Assembly (NCBI GenBank): GCA_035541435.1
Contig: DATKNL010000012.1
Coordinates: 70,498 to 134,497 of the forward strand
DNA from: Minisyncoccota bacterium
GTDB taxonomy: Bacteria; Patescibacteriota; Minisyncoccia; UBA6257; 2-01-FULL-56-20
Direction: 5' to 3'
DNA length: 64,000 bases
Shown: positions 50,510 through 58,256 of the stretch, piece by piece
Layout: each line of letters opens with the position of its first letter
How positions within the stretch are numbered: position 1 is the stretch's first letter
The notes under the pieces: model-generated
The model's input: the letters and a program-made list of their open reading frames with translations, nothing else
What the model was told of the DNA's origin: nothing
Database searches by the model: none
Made by a program: the position numbers and the translations under genes

Positions 50510-51274
50510 TCAGATTTCCTTGTGGTTGAAGATCCAGATGCCGGCGACAAGGAGCAGGGTCGCATAGACGGCCGCATACGCGACGGCCAGCACGAACGTC
50601 GATGCCGGCAGGGCGATCGCGTGCACCGCGAAATCCCTGATGTCGAACTTCTCGAGGTTCGGGAATATATAATAGAGGGCCTGCACGAGCCGGTATTTCA
50701 GCCCCGTGATGTGGATGGCCTGCGCGTCGGCCACGAGGGCGCTCACGATATGGCCGGCGAAGAAGACCGCCGAGGTATAGACGATCGAGAGGAGCGATGT
50801 CGAGAACGTCGAGACGAACGTCGCGAACGCGATGAAGAGCACCATTTCGACGTATTGAAGCGCGATCGCCACGATGCCCATCACGTCGAACCCTCCTCCC
50901 TCGTACCCGATCACGCCGAGATAGGCGACCATGAAGATCGCCGTCGTCGCGAGCAGGACGAGGCAGAGGCCGAGGAACTTGCCGAGCAGGAACTGCGCGC
51001 GGGTGACCGGCTTCGACAGGACGAAATAGACCACCTTGCGGTCCACGTCCTTGAAGAACGACGTGGTGCCGAGGAAAAGCGCGAGAATCGCGTTGAAGAA
51101 ATAGGTTCCCGCGAGGGCGAAGCTCTTCACCATCGGCAGCTCTTTCAATACGAGGTCCGCAAGGAAGAGCGACGACAGCATATAGAGGACGGCGAAAACG
51201 ATGATCGCGTACAGGATCTTCTCGCGGACTTCGAGCTTGAACGTGTTTTTGGCGACGACCCAGATGTTACGCAT
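50510..51274 (-). CDS. ABC-2 type permease (PilI-like)
   Basis: 'A.NTF...VR.KILY', 'LSKPV.R..F.LGK..G', 'PNL..F'. Confidence 0.87.
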   Translation of the reverse strand: MRNIWVVAKNTFKLEVREKILYAIIVFAVLYMLSSLFLADLVLKELPMVKSFALAGTYFFNAILALFLGTTSFFKDVDRKVVYFVLSKPVTRAQFLLGKFLGLCLVLLATTAIFMVAYLGVIGYEGGGFDVMGIVAIALQYVEMVLFIAFATFVSTFSTSLLSIVYTSAVFFAGHIVSALVADAQAIHITGLKYRLVQALYYIFPNLEKFDIRDFAVHAIALPASTFVLAVAYAAVYATLLLVAGIWIFNHKEI

Positions 51275-52022
51275 GGCTTACGGCGTGCTCACGCCCATGA
51301 TGGTTCGCGGCCTTTTTCCCTTCGTGCTCCATGAGCATGTTCGTAAACGCCTCCTCGAGGGACGTCCCGTGCGCGAACCCCTTGACCGTGCCGGCATAGA
51401 GCAGGTTGCCCGCGTGGATGATGCCGACTTCGTCGCACATCTCCTCGACGTCGTAAAGGATGTGGGTGTTGAGGAATATCTTCTTCCCCTCCTTCTTGAG
51501 GCCGAGCATCACCTCTTTCATCTCGCGCCGGCCGAGCGGGTCAAGGCCGTCAAGCGGCTCGTCGAGGAAGACGTATTGCGGATCGTTGACGAGCGCCTGC
51601 GCGAACGCCAGACGCTGGCGCATGCCTTTCGAATAGGTCCTGATCTCGAAGTTGCGTGCATCGCGAAGGCCGACGCTCGTGAGCAGCTTCTCATAATGGG
51701 CCTTCTTGTCGGACGTCTTTTCGAACAGCTCGTCGGCGAACGTCAGGAATTCCATGCCGGTCATGCGTTCGTGGAAGTACGGCGTCTCGGGCATGAAGCC
51801 CATCTTCTTCTTCGAGACCGTATCGGTCGACGGGATGCCGTCGACGAGGATCGAGCCGCTCGTCGGCGCAAGCAGGCCGACCGTCATCTTCATGATCGTG
51901 GTCTTGCCGGCGCCGTTCTGCCCGAGGAACCCGAAGATGGGGACGTCGACCTTCAGGGAAAAGTCGTTCACCGCGCTTTTCCTCTTCTTATAGGTCTTCG
52001 TGACGTGCGAAAATTCAACCAT
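51267..52022 (-). CDS. ABC transporter ATP-binding protein (PilH-like)
   Basis: GQNGAGKTT, 'YSKGMRQR', 'LDEP..GLDP.GR'. Confidence 0.92.
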   Translation of the reverse strand: MVEFSHVTKTYKKRKSAVNDFSLKVDVPIFGFLGQNGAGKTTIMKMTVGLLAPTSGSILVDGIPSTDTVSKKKMGFMPETPYFHERMTGMEFLTFADELFEKTSDKKAHYEKLLTSVGLRDARNFEIRTYSKGMRQRLAFAQALVNDPQYVFLDEPLDGLDPLGRREMKEVMLGLKKEGKKIFLNTHILYDVEEMCDEVGIIHAGNLLYAGTVKGFAHGTSLEEAFTNMLMEHEGKKAANHHGREHAVSHA

Positions 52023-52079
52023 ATGGCATCTATTGTACCAAAACGGCCTTTTGAGACAACTCTCGACTTTGTTCCCGTG

Positions 52080-53198
52080 TTAACTGATGATGCCGCCGCC
52101 AAGCATTTCGCCGCTTTCATCATAAAAAACCGCCGACTGGCCGGGTGCGACGAACTTCTGCGGCTCGTCGAAGCTCAGCGTCCATGAGCCGCCGCCCGAA
52201 GCAAGCGTCGCCCGCGCCAGGGGCTGCCGGTAACGCACGCGCGCAAAGACGGTCGACGGCCCGCCGGCCGGCCGCGTCTTTTCAAAAGATGAAGGATTCA
52301 TTAAATGAAGGTTGACAAGGGTGATGTCCTTCTTGAACAGCTCCTCATGATCGCTCCCTTCGGCCAGCACGACCGTGTTCGTCGCGGCATCCTTGCGGGC
52401 GACATAAAACGGGGCGCGATTCCGGTTCCCCTGCTTCGGGAACGCGAAGTCGGCGTCGATGTGCCGCTGGCCGATCGTATAGAATTCCGCCCCGGCATGC
52501 TCGCCGACGCGCCGACCGTCCGTCGTGACGAGTTCGCCGCGGCGTTCGGAGATGTGGGCCTTCAGGAAGTCGGCGATCGAGACCTGCCCGATGAAGCAGA
52601 TGCCCTGCGAATCCTTCTTGTCGGCCGTAGGCAGGCCCGCGGCACGCGCCATCGCGCGCACGTCGGCCTTGCGGTAGTCGCCGATCGGAAAGAGACAGTG
52701 CCGCAGCTCGTCCTGTCCCAGCGTCCACAGGAAATAGGACTGGTCCTTGTTCTCGTCCTCGGCCGCGGCCAAGGCATAGGTCGGCGTTCCCTGCGGGCCG
52801 TCCCCGCGCTCGACGAGCCTCACGTAATGCCCGGTCGCCACGAAGTCCGCTCCGGCGGCGAGCGCCTTCTCGAGAAACAGGCCGAACTTGATCTCGCGGT
52901 TGCACATCACGTCGGGATTCGGCGTGATGCCTGCCCGGTAGCCTTCGATCATATAGTCCACGACGCGCCGCTTGTAGGCCTCTTCGAAATCCCAGACATA
53001 GAACGGGATGCCGAGGCGCTCGGCGACGCGGCGGGCGTCCTCGGCGTCGCGCTCGGCGCATCCGGCGACGTTGTAGCAGCGCATGAACACGCCCACGGTT
53101 TCATAGCCGCGGTCCCTCATGAGCATCGCCGTGACGGAACTGTCCACCCCGCCCGACATGCCGACGAATACTTTTTTTCGCGTACCAGTCACGGGCAT
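52080..53198 (-). CDS. mnmA: tRNA 2-thiouridylase MnmA
   Basis: 'MSGGVDSS', 'TPNPD..CN..IKF', 'ATGHY', 'KDQSYFL', 'DSQGICF', 'PGQ..V.Y'. Confidence 0.97.
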   Translation of the reverse strand: MPVTGTRKKVFVGMSGGVDSSVTAMLMRDRGYETVGVFMRCYNVAGCAERDAEDARRVAERLGIPFYVWDFEEAYKRRVVDYMIEGYRAGITPNPDVMCNREIKFGLFLEKALAAGADFVATGHYVRLVERGDGPQGTPTYALAAAEDENKDQSYFLWTLGQDELRHCLFPIGDYRKADVRAMARAAGLPTADKKDSQGICFIGQVSIADFLKAHISERRGELVTTDGRRVGEHAGAEFYTIGQRHIDADFAFPKQGNRNRAPFYVARKDAATNTVVLAEGSDHEELFKKDITLVNLHLMNPSSFEKTRPAGGPSTVFARVRYRQPLARATLASGGGSWTLSFDEPQKFVAPGQSAVFYDESGEMLGGGIIS

Positions 53199-53227
53199 GG
53201 AACGACCGCCTTTCGACGGCTCGAGAA

Positions 53228-53791
53228 TCAGACGCGTTCGACGTACTCCCCGGTCTGCGTGTTGATGCGGATCGTCTCGCCCTCGTTTACGAAGAGCGGC
53301 ACGTTCACCTTCGCGCCCCCTTCGATCGTCACGGACTTCGTTCCGCCCTGGGCGGTGTTGCCCTTGATCGAGGGCGGCGCCTCGGTCACCTTGAACTCCA
53401 TCTTGATCGGAATCTCGACGTTGATCACCTTGTCGTTGAAGATCATCGTCTGCACTTTCGTGTTCGGCTTCAGAAACCGGCCCTGCTCGCCGACAAGCTC
53501 CTCGCTCAGCGAAAAGCGGTTTTTCGGATTGCCCTCCTCGTGGAACCAATATTCGCCGCGGCTCGCATAGATGAACGTGGCGTTCTTCTTCGTGATCTCG
53601 GCCTCTTCGAACGAATCGCTCGCCTGAAAGTTGCGGTCCAAAAGCTTGCCCGTGATCAGGTTGCGGATCCGGGTCTGCACGACCGCCTTGCGCTGCTGCA
53701 TGCGCAGGAAGTGGGTCTCGATCACCTCGTACGGCGAGCCGTCCATGATGAAGAGCACTCCCTTGGTCAAATCGGTATAGGCGAGGGCCAT
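53228..53791 (-). CDS. efp: Elongation factor P
   Basis: Three-domain pattern ending 'VPLFV..GE.I.INT..GEY..R'; loop 'RMQQRKA' instead of KPGKG. Confidence 0.93.
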   Translation of the reverse strand: MALAYTDLTKGVLFIMDGSPYEVIETHFLRMQQRKAVVQTRIRNLITGKLLDRNFQASDSFEEAEITKKNATFIYASRGEYWFHEEGNPKNRFSLSEELVGEQGRFLKPNTKVQTMIFNDKVINVEIPIKMEFKVTEAPPSIKGNTAQGGTKSVTIEGGAKVNVPLFVNEGETIRINTQTGEYVERV

Positions 53792-53882
53792 AACGGAACC
53801 ATTGTAGCCCAACACGTCGTCGATTGCAACAAAAAAAAGATCGCCCGTCGTGACGGGCGATCTTTCGGGCGGCTGTCGCTCA

Positions 53883-54194
53883 CTACTGCTCGCTTTCCGA
53901 AGCGGCAGGATGATCGCGACGCTCGCCGCGGGTCGAGCCTTCGGGTTCCTCGATCTTAAGGTTGACGCGGGCGTTGTTCTTGACGCCGACGATCCGCAAA
54001 AGCGACCGGATGGCCTTCGCAGTCGCGCCCTGACGGCCGACCACCTGGCCCATGTCCATCGGATTCACGTGAAGCGAGAGCAGGACCCCCATTTCGTCGA
54101 CCTTGCGGTCGACCTTCACGTCCTCTGGATGGTCGACGAGCGACTTTACCAGGTATTCAAGGAACTCCTGATCGGCTGAAGAAGAATTCGACAT
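53883..54194 (-). CDS. khpA: KH-domain RNA-binding protein KhpA
   Basis: 'LVD.PEDV', 'DMG.V.GRQG.TA.AIR'; TTGACA-17-TATAAT at 54273-54245. Confidence 0.92.
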   Translation of the reverse strand: MSNSSSADQEFLEYLVKSLVDHPEDVKVDRKVDEMGVLLSLHVNPMDMGQVVGRQGATAKAIRSLLRIVGVKNNARVNLKIEEPEGSTRGERRDHPAASESEQ

Positions 54195-54300
54195 GGAATT
54201 TCGGTGTTTCGAGCGACCTTTCCAATCTTCTGGATGGTAAGGAAATTATATCTTATTTAATTAAAACTGTCAACGTTTTCTGCGCTGTTCCCTTCACTAT

Positions 54301-54681
54301 CTACGCTTCAGGACCCGCTTCGGTTGCATCTGCGGCTGCATCCGCCGGAACCGCTTTCTCGTCGGCCGTCGCCGCCGCTTCGGCCGAAGCCTCTGCCGCG
54401 GGGGCTGCCGGGGCGGCTTTTGGCATCTTGACCGCCTTCTTCGGAGCTGAAACGATCCCCTGGGCAACGAGCAGGTTGTGCACCGAAACCGTCGGCTGGG
54501 CGCCAACGTTCATCCAATAGAGGATCCGCTCCTTATTGACGGCGGCGGCCTTCGTGAAGGGATTGTACGAACCAAGGTCCTCCACGGGCGGCGCAGCCAT
54601 TTTGGAGCGGCGTTCGGCAACCACGAACCGATAGCTCGGCTGGTGCTTCTTCCCGATGCGCTGCAATTTGATAGCCAACAT
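54301..54681 (-). CDS. rpsP: 30S ribosomal protein S16
   Basis: 'I.L.R.GKK.QP.YR.VV', 'LG.YNP', 'GAQPT..V'; Ala-rich tail. Confidence 0.97.
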   Translation of the reverse strand: MLAIKLQRIGKKHQPSYRFVVAERRSKMAAPPVEDLGSYNPFTKAAAVNKERILYWMNVGAQPTVSVHNLLVAQGIVSAPKKAVKMPKAAPAAPAAEASAEAAATADEKAVPADAAADATEAGPEA

Positions 54682-54801
54682 GCCTAACAGTATACGCGAA
54701 CCATGGCCGTTTCGTCAACCCTCGTTTCGTGATTCTTTAATGAAAATTCCGGCGCGTAAACGCCGGAATTTCCGCTGCGATCCGGGGACCGAAACGCCGC
54801 G

Positions 54802-55485
54802 TCAGCGGTTTTCGGTATGCTCCCGAAGGCGCCCGATCAGATGGGACGCATAGTCCCGTCCGCCGAGCCCGAACGCCAGGCCTCCCGCGAGGGCGAGCAT
54901 GGCGATGAATCCCGTCACCAAGGTCTGGATGATCTCGGCGGCGATATTGAGCTGCTGGAGCGCCGCGAGCAGTCCGAAGATGACGACGGCCCACCACGTG
55001 AGCGATCCGAGGAAGCGGGCCGCATTGAGGCGCGCGCTCATGACCGAGGCCACAACGACCCTGCGCAGGAAGTTGCCGAGCACGACCGCGGCGAGCATGA
55101 TAAGCACCGCGGCGATCACGTTCGGAAGGTAATTGAGGACGTTCGTCAGGAAGACCGAAAGCGCGTAGAGGCCGACCGTCTGCACGACGGCAAGCAGGAA
55201 CGCGATGACGACGAACCAATAGACGAGCCTGCCCAGGAAATACGACGCGCGGAGCCTGATGCCGGCCCGCTCGAAGATCGGCTTCAGGCCGAGCTTCTCG
55301 AGGAACCCGTCAAGCCGGAGCCCGTCGAAGATCTTCTCGACGAGGGCGCCGAGTCCCGCGGCCACCACGAGGCCGATGATGAGGACGAAGATTGCGCCGA
55401 TCAGGTTCGGAACGAAGTTCACGAAGCCGACCCACAGGTTCTGAAGCGATCCCACGATCACATCCGTCCAATTCTGCACAATCAT
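54802..55485 (-). CDS. Membrane protein with TM_helix repeats (CmpX / small mechanosensitive channel-associated)
   Basis: Repeated 'PN..AA.LI', 'GLAFGLGG...A'. Confidence 0.83.
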   Translation of the reverse strand: MIVQNWTDVIVGSLQNLWVGFVNFVPNLIGAIFVLIIGLVVAAGLGALVEKIFDGLRLDGFLEKLGLKPIFERAGIRLRASYFLGRLVYWFVVIAFLLAVVQTVGLYALSVFLTNVLNYLPNVIAAVLIMLAAVVLGNFLRRVVVASVMSARLNAARFLGSLTWWAVVIFGLLAALQQLNIAAEIIQTLVTGFIAMLALAGGLAFGLGGRDYASHLIGRLREHTENR

Positions 55486-55604
55486 GTTGTTGTTAAAGGT
55501 AAAATCCGCTGCTTCGACCTTTTATTACATTATAGCAAACAGCCTTGCCGTCCCCTGCGGGTCGCTGGTATAGTGCAAATAGGACGTTTACAAGGAGGTT
55601 TCAC

Positions 55605-55919
55605 GTGTTCGCTACCCTGTTCTGGACGTTCATTGCCATATTGTCCGTCGTCATGCTCTTCGCCGGGCTCTCTTATAAGAACCAGCAGGCACAGCGCAAG
55701 ATCCTGAAGACGCTGCGCGACTCGGCCGACGAAGGCGAGTGGCTTACGGCAACGGACATCAGCGCCAAAACCAGTCTCGAACCCACCTTTGTTTTTGGGG
55801 TTTTATCCGACCTCGAAAACAAGGGCGAGATCCGAGGAGAGGAATCCGTACCGATACCGGATCGCCGCTTCACCATCAGGAAATTTCCGCTCAGAGCCTC
55901 CCGCTCCTGTGCTTCATAA
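55605..55919 (+). CDS. Small TM + winged-helix-like protein
   Basis: AAGGAGG RBS, GTG start; TM then 'ILKTL......LTATDIS.......VFGVLSDLE.KGEI'. Confidence 0.65.
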   Translation: MFATLFWTFIAILSVVMLFAGLSYKNQQAQRKILKTLRDSADEGEWLTATDISAKTSLEPTFVFGVLSDLENKGEIRGEESVPIPDRRFTIRKFPLRASRSCAS

Positions 55920-56058
55920 GCGCAGCGCGGGCGGCGGACCCTTCTCTTCTATAACCGCTCGCACCCCGCGCGCGGTTTTTTTCGTCATCAAATCGATCGT
56001 GCAACGCATTGACATCTTTCGGCCGTTTTCTAGAGTGAAGGGAGCGTGGAGGATATTT

Positions 56059-56199
56059 ATGGATGCTTGGCTTGCGGAAGTTCTTCAGGAAGCCCACGAA
56101 GAAGTGGAAAAATGGCCTTCGTGGCGTAGAGATCCAGAATTCGCGAATGAGCGAACGCCCGAGCTAAATTCCAGCGAACTGGAACGAGTCGCCAACTAA
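56059..56199 (+). CDS. Micro-protein, 46 aa (MDAWLAEVLQEAHEEVEKWPSWRRDPEFANERTPELNSSELERVAN)
   Basis: TTGACA-16-TAGAGT promoter (56009-56036), GGAGG RBS, terminator 56202-56244. Confidence 0.7.
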   Translation: MDAWLAEVLQEAHEEVEKWPSWRRDPEFANERTPELNSSELERVAN

Positions 56200-56402
56200 C
56201 CAACCCCTCTGAGGATTGAATCCGCGGAGGGGCTTTTCTTTTTTGAAAGCAGCTGAGCCTTGTTAAAAAATCGTCGTGTGGACCATCTAAGCGGATGGAT
56301 CGAACGTGGGAAGCGCTGATATGATTGCTTCTCAAAGCAAACGTTTGTTACGAGTGAAGGATTGCGCTGAGGTAGTCCCGCCGCATGGAAAACCCCACCG
56401 TA

Positions 56403-56696
56403 TCAGGTGGGGTTTGTTTTGGGCCGTTTCTTGGTTTCTACGTTTCTTGCGAGGAACCGCTCCGCGGTCTCGGCCGTAAAATCGATCTCGAGAGTCGCGG
56501 AGATTGCCCGGTGGACCTCCTTCGCGTTGAACAGGGTCTTGCCGTTCGGGGCGGTCAGGGGCTTGAGTTCTGCGAGCGGTGGGGGCCACGGCGATTCGCC
56601 GGCGACCCATCTCTGCAGCGTGCGCAGGCAGACGCCGAGCAGTGCCGCCGTCTCCTCGCAGGAATAGAACGCGAGGTCGTCGCCGTATTTCAGCAT
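56403..56696 (-). CDS. Excisionase/MerR-type HTH DNA-binding protein
   Basis: 'YSCEETAALLGVCLRTLQRWV', 'G..LF...EV'; terminator hairpin ~56389-56420. Confidence 0.78.
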   Translation of the reverse strand: MLKYGDDLAFYSCEETAALLGVCLRTLQRWVAGESPWPPPLAELKPLTAPNGKTLFNAKEVHRAISATLEIDFTAETAERFLARNVETKKRPKTNPT

Positions 56697-56816
56697 GGGA
56701 TTCCTTTGGTGGAGGGCTGGCTAGACTATATGGCGCGAAACGATATGTGTCCAGGCTGCGGGTGCATTGACATCCATAGTCGGTTTTCTAGAATAAGTAA
56801 AGCATAAGGGGGACAA

Positions 56817-56981
56817 ATGCGAACTACGCTTATCGCGTTTCGAACCATAAAGCGTCTGCCGAAGCCGTCGATGGAAGGCAATTCTGTTTATACGCTTGGC
56901 AAGAAAAAGCCCAGCAGCGAGTTGACGCCTCTCGACGTTCCGCCGGGAATGGACCCGGACGATTTCGCCCTCGATTCATGA
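56817..56981 (+). CDS. Micro-protein, 54 aa (MRTTLIAFRTIKRLPKPSMEGNSVYTLGKKKPSSELTPLDVPPGMDPDDFALDS)
   Basis: TTGACA-16-TAGAAT promoter (56767-56794), AAGGGGG RBS, terminator 57002-57042; below the ORF-track cutoff. Confidence 0.68.
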   Translation: MRTTLIAFRTIKRLPKPSMEGNSVYTLGKKKPSSELTPLDVPPGMDPDDFALDS

Positions 56982-57093
56982 GTGCGAGTTAGTGCATTCC
57001 TAACCCTCTGCAGGCAAAATCTGCGGAGGGATTTTCTTTTTTAAGCTTCGGTTGAAAAAATTCCCTGCATAGAGTTCTATGCAGGGAATGGTC

Positions 57094-57738
57094 CTATCGG
57101 GCAAAAACCCAAGGGGTTTTACTGCGGATAGAGTTAAGTTCGCCGAGGAAACAAGCCCCAAGAGATGGCTGCCCCCTCTGATGGTTGAGTACGAGAATCA
57201 CCGACCTGGGCCGCCGATAGATCTTGATTGGGCTCATCCCGACATAAACGTACGATGCGGTGCCCGCGTTGAGCGTGGGCTGTTCGGGGTATTGGAGTCT
57301 CAGGAAGGGCACCACCTCGGCCGGGACCGGCTTCAGGCCGTGCGCCGCCGCGGCTTCGTGGACCGTCTTGCCGTTCGTGTACTCCTTCGTAATGCCGAGC
57401 TCGGCCGGGAAAGCGAGCACGCACTCCGCGCTCATTGGACGGTCGAAGCTGAGCGTCGCGAGCGCATGTCTGGCCCGTCCATAGACGAGGAAGCCTTGAG
57501 CCAGGAGTTCGGCGACGAGCTCCTCGCCGGAGCCGCGCACCTGCGTGCGCACCGTCTTCCAGACCGGAAACGGCGGCCGCTGCGGATCAACCGCCACGGG
57601 GATCCAACACGGCTCTCTGCGGAGGAATTTCTCGAATTCTCCTCCCCAGGCCTCGGCATCGTCTCCCAGCAGGTTGGTCACGAGTTGCTTGAACGCCCCG
57701 TCGAAGCGGCAAAGCGTCTCACCGATCACGCTTTTCAT
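57094..57738 (-). CDS. Hypothetical protein ('W..E..KFLR.E.CW' N-terminus)
   Basis: AGAAAGGT RBS at ATG 57738; consensus TTGACA-17-TATAAT at 57926-57898; 'GL...PAEV.P.LRLQY..QP'. Confidence 0.75.
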   Translation of the reverse strand: MKSVIGETLCRFDGAFKQLVTNLLGDDAEAWGGEFEKFLRREPCWIPVAVDPQRPPFPVWKTVRTQVRGSGEELVAELLAQGFLVYGRARHALATLSFDRPMSAECVLAFPAELGITKEYTNGKTVHEAAAAHGLKPVPAEVVPFLRLQYPEQPTLNAGTASYVYVGMSPIKIYRRPRSVILVLNHQRGQPSLGACFLGELNSIRSKTPWVFAR

Positions 57739-58001
57739 GGTCAGCGCTACCTTTCTGCCGGGGACTACGATCCGTAGCCGCAGCCGCAAAACTCCGATGG
57801 GGGCTTTGTGGCTGCGGCCAGAACCCGCTGGCAACCTAGAGCGCTCGCCTCGAACGACTTATTTGTAGGGAAAATAAACCAACGATGAACTGTGCAAATT
57901 ATATCGCATAACGATATATTTGTCAAATAACTTTCGGCTGGACGTCGGACTGGCCGCAGTCTGCGCGGTCGTGTTTTGATTTATGGTTCGATTTCCGCCG
58001 G

Positions 58002-58072
58002 TGGACCCAGGGAGAATCGGACTCCCGCCTCCGCAATGCGAATGCGGCGTAATACCACTTTACTATGGGCCC
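58002..58072 (-). tRNA. tRNA-Ala(CGC)
   Basis: GGGCCCATAGTAAAGTGGTATTACGCCGCATT CGC ATTGCGGAGGCGGGAGTCCGATTCTCCCTGGGTCCA; G3:U70; T-loop TCCGATT. Confidence 0.9.
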
Positions 58073-58113
58073 GAGTGAGGCAAAAATGAATGGTTCTTAA
58101 CTATTCATTTTTG

Positions 58114-58219
58114 ACGAGCGAGGGCACAGGCGGCGAAGCCGCCGGGGCCCGAAGAACAAACAACACATTATCTTCCACGAGCGAGGGCACAGGCGGCGAA
58201 GCCGCCGGGGCCCGAAGAA
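58114..58219. repeat. Two identical 43-bp palindromic direct repeats (REP-like), 20-bp spacer
   Basis: ACGAGCGAGGGCACAGGCGGCGAAGCCGCCGGGGCCCGAAGAA at 58114-58156 and 58177-58219. Confidence 0.92.
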
Positions 58220-58256
58220 ACAATAGCACCCAACCGGCGCTCTTTCAACATCAGAA

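Noticed and set aside
55545-58002. Intact prophage/ICE at tRNA-Ala(CGC)
   Set aside because: No integrase and no convincing duplicate of the tRNA 3' end (only a 7-bp match seen).
58114-58219. CRISPR array
   Set aside because: Only two repeats, a 20-bp spacer, no cas genes in the window; REP-like hairpin instead.
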